Positions 10,811 through 22,220 of a stretch of 64,000 bases of DNA are shown here, piece by piece. Numbering within the stretch: the stretch's first letter is position 1; every line of letters begins with the position of its first letter. A program made the translations under genes and the position numbers. The notes beneath the pieces are model-generated. The model saw only the letters and a program-made list of their open reading frames with translations, did not search any database and was not told the origin of the DNA. The stretch is from Negaprion brevirostris (taxonomy: Eukaryota). The DNA lies in assembly GCA_030324005.1 (NCBI GenBank), contig JARDVH010000031.1, forward strand, positions 50,309,787-50,373,786. Reading direction: 5' to 3'.

Positions 10811-13744
10811 CATTTCACTAGAGCTGGCACTCACTAGAATAATTGAGAATTTCAATTTTCCCACCCCCACATTACTGTTTCTAACACCTTAGACACAATC
10901 ATCGAGGTGAAGTTCTCACGGGCAGATTTGCTTGATCGCTCATTGATGCTCACTTAGCAGTCAGCAACAAGTTTTCTTATTTTGCTGCTGACTGCAAAGT
11001 CCAGGCCAATGTGACGAAAGCTATTGTCACGCAATTTATTAACCTCACAATAAACTGAGGAGGATCCGAGGCTCATAGCTAACAATGGTTTTGAGGGTTT
11101 GCTCCTACCATAGTTTAGTTTTTTTTCAATTCTTAGAATGGAGCTGAAGCCAGTACCATGATATTTGGGTTCTTGTGAAAGCACATATTTTAGATTCTGC
11201 CATGATGATTCAGTGAGCCTTTTTCACCCAGAAGCTCAGCAGTATAATGTAAGAAGGTTTGGTTTCTGATCATGTAGAATCTGTTCATTGCAGCTAGGAT
11301 GGTGGCAGGGACGCAACAATTCAACTCCACTTACACAAAGTAGAAAAAGGAAAATTTGACACTTTTAAACTACTCTTGATCACAACATAGCAATTTCTTC
11401 CTGAAGTGCATGGATGTAGATTCTGGTAGCACAGGACCAACCATTTGTGGAACAGAATGGCAGACAATGCCCATACAAAGAGGGAAAATGGTTAAAAAAG
11501 TAAAGACAGCCAAAACTAAACACTACATCATTGGCATTGGGACTCAGCAGATGATGGGTCCAAAGGTATCGAGCACATAATTTAGCTGATAGCTCAATGT
11601 AGTACTGCATTGTTCTGCCAATGATGTTGTCTTTCAATGAGATGTTACAATGAGACCTTCTATGATTTCAGATGGATAGTAAATGATTCCAAGACACTCT
11701 TTGAAGAAGAGAAGTGGAATTCTCAAAATGTCCTGGCTAATTATTATTCCTCAACTAAAATGATTCAAAAACTAGCTAATCTGGTCATTGCTGTTTGGGC
11801 GAACTGTATGCTTTGCATATATTGTCTTCATACATTGTAACAATGACAACATTTCAAAAGNNNNNNNNNNNNNNNNNNNNNNNNNNNNNNNNNNNNNNNN
11901 NNNNNNNNNNNNNNNNNNNNNNNNNNNNNNNNNNNNNNNNNNNNNNNNNNNNNNNNNNNNTGGGCAGCATGGTCAGTGCAGGCTTGGAATGCCAAAGGGT
12001 CTGTTCCTGTGCTGTAATTTTCTTTGTTCTTCGCTCTTTGTTTTTGTAATGGTTATGTTTTGTGACTGTGCCTTTAATTTAAGGTAAAATGGAAGGATGA
12101 AAAGAGGTCATATGATCTCTGAATTCTGCCTGGGTGACTTCATTGCTAAAGATTAAAGGGTGGCACAGTTTGTTTCACCGGGAAGAATATGCAGGTGTTC
12201 ATGCCTCCATACAATAACCAAAGTTATCTGTGCTGACGGTGAAAAGACTAATAGTCCCCAAGTCTCATAATGTAATGATTTGTAGACAGTTATACTTTAA
12301 ACTACCTGTCTTGTTTTGAAATAGAATAAAGTTGGATGTTTAAATGATGCGAGTTAGCATTTCTAACTGGAAACAAAGCCTGTGTAATTCACGTTGGCGA
12401 TGGGATTTAAGATGGGGCAGATTTCATAGGAAGCCATTATAGGATCGAATTACAGGGCATTTTCTTAAAATATTATAAAATCTCATGGACAATGTCAGTC
12501 TGCCATTATCTAAAATGAGAGAGAGATAGAAAGAGAGACAGCCAAGAGACAGAGACAGCAATCTTTGTTGTTCAAGATTCAAGAAGTGGAAGCTTGTCCT
12601 CAGATTAAAAAGACTAAATTCCTAAGGATTTAAATGAGATTGAACTATTCACCTAGCTTTTGCAGGTGGGAAAATCTCTAGGATAAACCTCACCATAAAA
12701 GCCAGTTCAGAGGTTAGAAGTTATCTGTCTAAAAAAAGAAGAAAGAAAGAAATCCCTTAGGAGCTGTGACTCATCAGGAGAATGGAGTGTCTACTTAAGG
12801 GATAGTGTACAGTATAACCATAGATGGAGTTTTCAGGTTGTTTTAATGGGGAATCTTTTCTGTAATTAAGAGTAAGTTGTTCACTGAAAGAGTGCTTTGT
12901 CATATTGCTCTTAGTTTGACTGTGACAGTAAAAGTCTTAAAACTTAAAATCTTATATAAGTTACCCACCAGGAATTTGAATTTCTTTTTAAAAGTTATCA
13001 GTCTCCACAGGGATCATAACAAAGTTTTAAAATCTAACTTCATTTCTATTTGAAAGGTTAAAGCAGGTTATGCATGAGTAGTACATGCCCCTTGTGATCA
13101 TATAGCATATGTCTTGGGCTGTATATTAATTACTAACAATTCTCTTGTCCAACAGTAACACAGTTCCAGTAAAATTGTGCACAGTGCTCCCACTCCTGTT
13201 TCTCGAAAATGATGCTCTGACCCTCACTGATACAGTCCAAAGCTAATAATGAAATGCATGTACGCTGAAATAACTCAGAAATGCAGAGCCAATAGGCAAA
13301 TATTATGAAGTATATTAACTGGTTAAAAGAATCAATATTTTCATACAGGATGAGAATCGGACATGTGAAGCCAACCACACTCCCCATCCCCTGCCACCCC
13401 TTCTCCAACATGACTCTAACACAAGGCCTCATTTTAAAATGATTGACGGGATGGGCACCCAATTGTGTCAGCAAACAGGCAGCACCCACCAGCCCACAGC
13501 CACCCCTGCCTTCCTTTGATTTCTTTAAACCACACGCTAAAAGCTTTCCTATTTCAGGTTCTAATACTTGCTGCAGTACAAATTCTTTTCTATACTCCAT
13601 CCCCACTTCACATTCCACACTCTTGGCTTTGTATTAAGAACATAAGGACTAAGATAGGTACTCCATGAAAAAATCCTACACTACTTTACTTTTTGAAAGC
13701 TATTTACTAACGCTTCTCCTCTCTTCTCAAGAAAAGAACAAATC

Positions 13745-14195
13745 TGCTTTTTTCTATTCATTCATGGGACATGGGCATCACTGGCTGGCCAGCATTTATT
13801 GCCCAGCCCTAGTTGCCCTTGAGAAAGTGGCAGTGAGCTGCCTTCTTCAATCGCTGCAGCTCATGTTCTGTGGGTTGACCCACAATGCCATTAGGGACAG
13901 CATTCTAAGATTTTCACTCTTCGAAGGAACAGCAATATATTTCCAAGTCAAGATGATAAGTGGCTTGAAGGGGAACTTGCAGGTGGTGATGCTCCCATTT
14001 ATCCGCTGCTCTTGTCTTTCTAGACACGGGTTTAGAAGATGCCTTCTAAGGATCTTTGGTGAATTGCTGCAGTGTATCTTGTACATAATATACACTGCTG
14101 TTACTGAGCGTGGTGGTGGAGGGATTGAATGTTTGTTGATGTGGTATCAATCAAGTGGGCTGCTTTGTCCTGGATGGTGTCAAGCTTCTTGAGTN
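13745..14195 (-). mobile_element. LINE 3' fragment sharing its tail with the 5925-type SINE
   Basis: Plus strand TATTCATTCATGGGACATGGGCATCACTGGCTGGCCAGCATTTATTGCCC, followed by LINE-like body sequence. Confidence 0.6.
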
Positions 14196-15014
14196 NNNNN
14201 NNNNNNNNNNNNNNNNNNNNNNNNNNNNNNNNNNNNNNNNNNNNNNNNNNNNNNNNNNNNNNNNNNNNNNNNNNNNNNNNNNNNNNNNNNNNNNNNNNNN
14301 NNNNNNNNNNNNNNNNNNNNNNNNNNNNNNNNNNNNNNNNNNNNNNNNNNNNNNNNNNATCTCAATACACCCAAACTAATTGGAAACCTATTAACTGCAT
14401 CATCTCAAGCTAATGCACTTTTCATATTCAGCGCAGTTTAGATGCAAAATAAAGTTATTTGGAAAGATGTCTGGAAATTTAGAAGCCCCCTCATTCCTTA
14501 TTAGAAATAATGAGGCACATTTACCTCTGTACAGGCTAGAATTTATACATTTTATGGATCATGTTTTGATGAATTTTAAGCAAATATAATGCTCTAAATA
14601 GAATGACCATATGTTATCCGATATTGAGAGGAAGAATGGCTGGAAAACCTTGGCTTAACCATTCAAACCCTATCTGTATTTTGGTTATGATTTCCTTCAA
14701 CAGTGCTTCTTTATTTCATTTAGAAGGTATTATAATACATTGCCTGAAGCATTTATACCAGAGAAGAATCCAGTCGCTTAAGGCCATGTCAGATAAAAAA
14801 AAACTTAATCTTTCCCCAGGGAAGCATTTACCAATTTCAAATTTTGATCATAAACTAATGTTCAACAGCTAGATAATTTAACTCATTTAACGTGTTTCAG
14901 TTTTAAATCATTCTGTAAATATATGTTTTAATAGTTGATCTTCCATGGTGTCGCTCAGAGTGAATTGGAGAATATTCTGTTCTGTAATTTTATTTACAAT
15001 AGCTTAAATAAAAG

Positions 15015-15212
15015 TAAAAAGCAGCAGATTCTAGAAATCTGAAATAGAAAGAAAAAGTGCTGAAACTGCTCAGCAGATGTAAGGATTTGTGAAGGAAAGA
15101 AACAGAGTTAATGTTTCAGGTCAAGAGTTTTTAACCTGAAATGTTAATATTCTTTCCCTCTCCACAGATGCTGCCAGACCTGCTGAATATTTCCAATATT
15201 CTCTGTTTTTAT
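15015..15212. mobile_element. Penelope-terminus-derived inverted (hairpin) element
   Basis: CTCAGCAGATG...AACAGAGTTAATGTTTCAGGT paired with ACCTGAAATGTTAA...CTCTCCACAGATGCTGCCAGACCTGCTGA. Confidence 0.65.
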
Positions 15213-17346
15213 TTTATTTGCTTACACTAATTGAATAAGGCAAATTGTTTTTTATTGGAGGAATGTTAATGATATTCTATGATTATGTGTACATTTGCAT
15301 GGAAATTATCAAAAGATTATCTTGTTTCATTCATTGTTTTACTTCTTTTTAAAAGCCAGGCTAAGAGAAAGATGCTTCAGTTTGCTACTACGTAGAAGGT
15401 GAATCTTAGGACCGTATGAATAATTCAGAGGGAAGGGGCTCTTATATTCTTCTTTTTAATTCATTCATGGAATAACAGTGTCTCTAGCAAGGCCAGCATT
15501 TGTTGCTATTTCCTAATTGCCCTTGAGAAAATGATAGTGAGCTGCCAGCTTAAACCACTGCAGTTCATGTGGTTTAAGTACTAGGATGATGTCCCTTGAA
15601 TGTGAGTGCATGGGGTGTTTGTGCACTAGTCAGGTAAAAGAGTCTGAGAGCACCTAGTGGATTTTTGGGATATGAGAGTGCTAGGGAAGCCAGTTATATT
15701 TTTTGCAGACAATGGGAAGAGGTCACTGGAATTCTATAGAGGTGAGAATATGGTCTTCAATTGTGAGCTGCAACAACTGGTGGTGGAGGATGTACATGGG
15801 TATGGCAAAACTGGGATAATGGCAATGGAGTGTGCGAACACTGGACATGGTGTTGCTATGTTTAAAACTAGTGGGAGGGGTTTGGTTACATGAAAATACT
15901 GAGAGAAAGTGTGTAGGATGCTACTGACGAAATCACTAGTTATTGAACCACAGGTCAACCTCAAGAGCAGGTTTTGAGATTCAGCAACTGGCTGAGGCAA
16001 TGGTGAAATGGTGAAGGAATGCATTTATTCATGACACCGAAGATTTCATGCAAAGGTTAGCTGGTGTTGGCCTGGAGAAAAAATTGGGCCACTCCCCCAT
16101 TATCATTAACAGTCAGCATATCTTGATTTGAGTCACATGGCTCAAGTTACCCACCTATAGCTCTCTGCGCTGCATTTCAGCCACCGTCACAATCATGTTA
16201 AGTTCCTTAGTCATATTTTCAGCAACAATTTAATTTATATGGCGCTTTGGCTGTAGGAAAAAAATCCTAAAACACATTTTTAGCACTTTAACTATTTGAA
16301 TATTTTAAAAGAAGTGCAAACATACTATAGGAATATTAAACCAGTTTCTTGGAATGGCTTTGAATGTGAGTAGGTGGAATCCATGTATTTATATGGATTT
16401 AAGCTTGATGTCTAAGTACAGCAAAGGTAGGGACATCACACCGGAGAAAGTAATGATTGTCAGCATCAGGCCAAGGATCTAGTTATGGTGGGGATGACAA
16501 CAAAGGCTGAAATAGGGAAATGAAAGGATCAGGTTGCAGACTTTCCTCAATTTTTACTGACAGTTTTCTGAATTTGTGGATTCAGAGAAGGAGTCATCAG
16601 GAAAAAAAAAGGTCTGTATGGATCCTCATGCAGAATGTGGTTGGAAGCTTGCACTCAAATTTGTAGCGAGTTAAAATGAGGGTGGAAGAATCACCTAGAT
16701 AGGGCTAAAGAGAGAATTTCCAGGAAAATAGATCTTCATGGTGAAGGACAGTTCTAAGATTCCAAGTCACCAGGCTGAGAAAAGAAAAGAACAGGAATAA
16801 ATCCTGAGGACCTAAGAATTACTTCTGATTGATTCTGTAAAAATTGAACATCCATGTAAAGTGTAGTGAAAAGTGTGTCTTTTTTGGATGGGGCTAAAAA
16901 TAAGAAAGGGTAGATTCCATTCTATAGTTTCAAAGTATAAATTGTTGCAAAAATAATATTTTGTCAATAGTGTTTTAATCATTTGTTACAGTAAGTGTTT
17001 TCCTTTAAATTTTTTTTTCCATTCATTTACTTCAATATCATGATTGCAGCAGAGATAAAGTCAAAATCCCTTGGCGTTTTGTGCTCCTGATCCTGCTAGG
17101 ATGCATGAGGTCCTCAATGGGATAGAAGGAAGTCACCCGCTCACAGCAAGAACTTTTAGAAAATCACCTTTGGAGTGAGGAACTGGGATTACCAGCACCT
17201 GGCTAATTTCCTGTCATTCCTGTCATCTTCCATCTCATTTAAATTTGCATTCTGTCCCAGGTCCCAATGAAATTTAGGATCATACTGTTCTATTGTATAA
17301 TCTTATTATTAATTAATGACGTCCTGTTAGGTAATAAGATTGTGCA

Positions 17347-17640
17347 GGCAGCATGGTGACATAATGGTTCGCACTGCTGCCTCACAGTGCCAAGGACCCG
17401 GGTTCAATTCCCAACTTGGGTCACTGTCTGGTGGCATCTGCACAATCCCCCTGTGTCTGTCTGTCTTCCGGTTTCTTCCCACAGTCTAAAAGATGTGCTG
17501 ATTATGTGCATTGGCCATGCTAAATTCTCCCTCAGTGTACCTGAACAAGCATCAGAGTCTGGAGACTAGGGGATTTCCACAATAAAATGTCAGTGTCAAT
17601 GAAAGCCTACTTGTGACAATTATAAATAAACTTAAAACTT
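17347..17640 (+). mobile_element. V-SINE, tail type B
   Basis: Same head, core and tail as 2263-2548. Confidence 0.8.
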
Positions 17641-19864
17641 TTAAACCATCATTTAGCCAATACAGAAAATAAATGTGGAGCATTTTTAAGCTGGTGAAAC
17701 TCCTCTGCACAAGTACAAGTCTGAATGTACATATACACCCACATAACTCCTGTAAAAAACTAATACATTGTCAATACACATAACAACAAAAAAAAGTGAC
17801 TGGATTAATTGAACATACCTGAAAAATGTTTGTGTTCCATCTGCTCTTACAAAACAATATTGAGGCACCAGGGTAGGAATTATTGATCGATATTGATTCT
17901 TTCTCCACACATAAAATGGGTGAAAATCATGCCAATTTAGCAGGAGACAACCGACACCCAAAGTGCATGTATTGGTCCAACTGCTGAATTAAACATACTC
18001 ATTGTTATGGATCCTGGATGGGCACTTGTCAAGGATTCATTTGCTAAATCAATTCCTAATGAATCCTTTAGTGATTCTCACAAACTGAAAGTGGAGAAAT
18101 TAATTTTTGAAAAAATCCTTCCTATTGACCCAACAAGTGTAGGTGAGCTTCCTCAACAGCTTAAGCACTGAAATCATGCTACCCCTCTCCCCCCACACAA
18201 CCCAGTCACCCTCCACCCCCCACACCTCTTCACTCCCTACAGCCGCACCGCCCCCCACCACCCCCCCCCCCCCACCCCGCCCCGGCCCACCCCATTCCAG
18301 CAAAGCAGNNNNNNNNNNATTACTGGATTCTCCTAATGGGCAAGCTGCCCGTGGAAGTGCAATTTATGCCCGCAGCTTGCCAGGAATATGCAGGTGATGC
18401 CTAAGAAGCAGTTTCTATTCATTCTTGTGCCTCTTATTTTGGGCGCACACCAATCGTACCGTGCTGGTTTTGGCTCGAAAACAGGACCAGATGAAGTTTT
18501 ACCCCATTATCTCACAGTCACGCAGCACCCGACAAATCTTCATGTCACTGAGAGACATCTTGTTTGTTGCACTATCAGGAATTTGAAGTATCAGTATCGA
18601 CTTTCAGAACATGTTTGAAGCCAAATTTGCAAAAGCTTAACCACAGGAGCCATCTCCCACATAAAGAGGGAAAAACTTTTTTTTATATTCACCGTAATCG
18701 TAAAATTAGTTGTTTTTCATATTTTATGGACTATTGTGACTGTTCCTGTTACCTGGTCTCTAATACAATGTTCTTTACTGGTTTAAGGAGATAAGCAAAT
18801 TCCAATGTTTCTAACCTTGTGAAATTAGTTGATTCAATATGTCATCATAAATAAGGTTTTGAACAGATCAACTTGAGTTTGACAAAAACGATTACTCCTA
18901 ATTGTAATATGACATCATATGAGAGCTGACAACTCTCCATTGATGTCCATGCATTCAGCTATCCATCCCCATGATTTAAAGTTCTTTCCCTAAATTCCTC
19001 CACCTCCCCCTAAGACCCTTCTTAAAACCCACCTTTTTGACTGACCCTCTTGATAGTTCTTTCCTTGGCTTGCCATCCAATTTTATCTATTTAAAGCTCT
19101 TAGCATATTTATCCACACACTATAGTTGTTGTTACTGTTGAAGACAGGCTTGTGTTTTCCAACAGATGAACAAACCCTGAGGTTTGGGACAAAACTATTC
19201 AAATATGACAACTAGGGGTCAGGTATGAGAAAACTTTCAAGTCGCAAAACTTGGTGTCCACAACAATTAGGTTAAGAAAAGTTCACTGGCGGCTGACAAA
19301 GCTTTACATCTTCAATCAAATAAAGTGTGTGTTTATGGTATGGTCAGGTGGATAGTGGCAGTAGAGTCACATATTTTCTGGTCAGTTTCATTGCCAACCA
19401 TGCTGCTTTCACCACAGTTCCTGTTTTCTTCTGTCCACCAAGTGAGACTTCACATCTGCATTTTTAGTTGTCTAATTAAATAGAATGTATAACACAAAAA
19501 CAGGCCATTCAGCCAACTATCCATACTGGTATTTATGCTCCACACATGTCTCCTCTNNNNNNNNNNNNNNNNNNNNNNNNNNNNNNNNNNNNNNNNNNNN
19601 NNNNNNNNNNNNNNNCTTCCTTAACTGTATCGATGCTATTTGCCTCAACAACTCAACCATCCGTGGTAGAAAATTCTACCATTCTGGATAAAGAAATTTT
19701 TCCCAAATTTCCCACTGGATTTATGAGTGGCAATCTTATATTTCTGGCCCCTCGATAAATTGGAGACATTTCTCTATATCTATCCATCCAACCACTTAGC
19801 TCTACATAATTCAACAGGTCTGTTCCCTCATGGGTAGGGTAGTAACAGAGAGCAACAGGAAACT

Positions 19865-20165
19865 TTCAGAATGATAGAACCACAGAAGAGAGCCATTTGG
19901 CCAATTGTGCCTGCACAAGCTCTCTGTAGGAGCAATTTACCTCATGCAGCTTCCCCTGCCTTCTCCTTTTATCATTCTCCACTTTCTGATAACAACCCAA
20001 TTTCTTCTTGAATGCCTCAGCTGAATCTGCCTCCAACACACATTCAGGCAGTTCCTTTAACTTCCTAATCACTTGCTGTATGAAAAGGTTTTTCCTCATG
20101 CCACCATAGCTTCATTTGCCAATTACCTTAATTCTGTGCCCTCTTGTTCTTGGTCCTTCCACCAA
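19865..20165 (-). mobile_element. CR1-type LINE 3' fragment
   Basis: Remnant MRKNLFIQQVIRKLKELPECVLEADSAEAFKKKL, the CR1 ORF2 C-terminus. Confidence 0.7.
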
Positions 20166-21824
20166 TGCTACCATCATTTACCAGTGCTTCATCCTGAAAA
20201 TTTGCAATGAAGCTAGTTAAATTCTTCCACCTACACACATCTCGGGTCCATTTCAACCAATATGTAAACTCATCAGATTTAAGTAAGTGTCTCTATGCCC
20301 CAGAGTACTCACCCCAGAGAAGGCAAACAAAATTTCTATGTTTGCAGATTTCCCAGTGGTTGGAGATTCCTAAAACATAATGCCAGTTTTTCACACATGT
20401 CAAACACCCATCTGACCAAAATGAACATGCTGCAGTGCTACGACAATTTCTTTTGTCTACAATGGCAATACTTGAGACCTTGTTCAGTGAGCATATTGTG
20501 CCAAATATTCCTACGTGCAGTGTAAGTTTGTGCAGTGAACTCACCCCTATTATGAACTCATTTCAGCCAGCAGAGCAAGATTTTCTTTCTTCAGTCGTGG
20601 CTGAGATCAAACACAGAAGGCAGTGTCTACCACCTAGTCACCAGGATTCAAGCTTAAGTAACTTTGCTGCCAAAGAATGATACTAGAGTTGGGACTGGTA
20701 ACAAAGAATATCTTCTTTGTGTGCTTATGTGTGTGCACTTGATCTTCATTCTATCTGTTTTGTTTCCTTGTATTCCAGATGGTAATCTTTGTATTTAAGT
20801 TATTTTCTGCCTTTCCTGACTTGCTATTTGGGGTCTGGTTTTAGCTCCTGCACCTATATTCTATATTCTAGGCTGTTTGTTTTTACCTCAGCCATTTCCA
20901 TTATCATAAAAGCTGGTTAATAAGTCTTCTGAGTTACAGGGTACTCATATTTGCACCTTCACATTTCAGGCCATTTGCTTTGTTCCTTATATTTTATTTT
21001 GTATTATCTACATTATTAGCTGCTACTTACATTAATTATACAAGCTTAGCTATATTTCCTGCATTCTGAGCTTGATATTATATACTCTATGCACTTCCAT
21101 TGCAACCCATCCTCTGCCATGTCCATTCAAGGCTGTTGCCATTGTGATGTGGACTGTTTTGTGAGTTTCCCTGCAAAGAGTGATGTATATTGGGTTAGCC
21201 ATCCAGCATGTACTCATTGTGATCCATGTTGTGTTCCTTGTGATGTATACTATATTCTCTATTATTATGACAGAGCTCAAAATTCACAATTACCCAATGC
21301 TTTTCAGACATTTGTCAAACTCTTGCATTTCAAACTTAACATTGGCTGTTTGTTTTAATAACTTTGATGTTGTTAATAGTATACATAGGCCTATACCACT
21401 ATCGTGGCCCATAAAACTGAATCATCATTACCCACTTCAGTGCCACTTCAGCTGAGATTGGCTATTTCAAACCAATCAATGAATCAAGCCTTGGACTTTG
21501 CTGATCAGAATGGTTCAGACAGACAAAAGGTGGAACTTGGTTCTACTTTGAGCAGCATTGTGACACCATCCAAGTGATTGGAATAGGGTATTCCACTGTT
21601 CACTAATTAACCCGTTTTACTAGGTGCAATTCTCATGTGTTCTGCTGTGGGGATTTTACAAGCATGGATTCCCCTTATTTCTGAACTTTTTTTTCTCCCT
21701 TTGACCCAGGAACTGATGAGATTTGGAGGTGCTTCCCTCATCCATGATGGCCAATGGAAAGTGTATTAATTTTAATATTTGAAAGTAAATGCTAAAAAAG
21801 TGAAATTGTGCTGCTTAGATGTCG

Positions 21825-22220
21825 GCTCTGTCTCCGTTAGTAACACATTTCCCTTTGAATCTGCACGTTTGGGGTTCAAGTCCTAGCCCTGGACTTGAGA
21901 TCAAAAATGAAGGCCAATGCGGTTCGAGGGAGTGCTGCACTGTTGGAGGTAACAATTTATGGATGAGATGTTAAAGTAAGACACTGCACTCTGAAGTGGG
22001 GCAAAGGGATCCTACCTTATAATAAAAAGAGCAGGGGAGTTATCTCCGGTGTCCGGGCAAATATTTATTCATTCGTTAACAGCATAAAAGCAGATGATCC
22101 GTTACTACCTCACAATGTCCGTGGAAGGAGCTTGCTCTGGGCAAATTGGCTGTTGCATTCTCTACAACAGTGAATATATTTCAAAAATAATTTATTGGTT
22201 GTAAAGTGTTTTAGATGTCC
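21825..22220 (+). mobile_element. Deu-domain SINE (SacSINE1/AmnSINE1-like)
   Basis: B-box GGGTTCAAGTCC, then GAGGGAGTGCTGCACTGTTGGAGG..GGATGAGATGTTAAA..AAGAGCAGGGGAGTTATCTCCGGTGTCC..GCAAATTGGCTG..ATTGGTTGTAAAGTG. Confidence 0.75.

Noticed and set aside
18143-18397. Pro-rich ORF or G-quadruplex as a functional element
   Set aside because: A low-complexity C-tract inside a probable GC-rich interspersed repeat.
21050-21360. Cys-rich ORF (CCHCD..CTHCDPCCVPCD) as a metallothionein-like gene
   Set aside because: It arises from degenerate TGTGAT-type repeats; there is no Lys-rich metallothionein pattern or exon structure.
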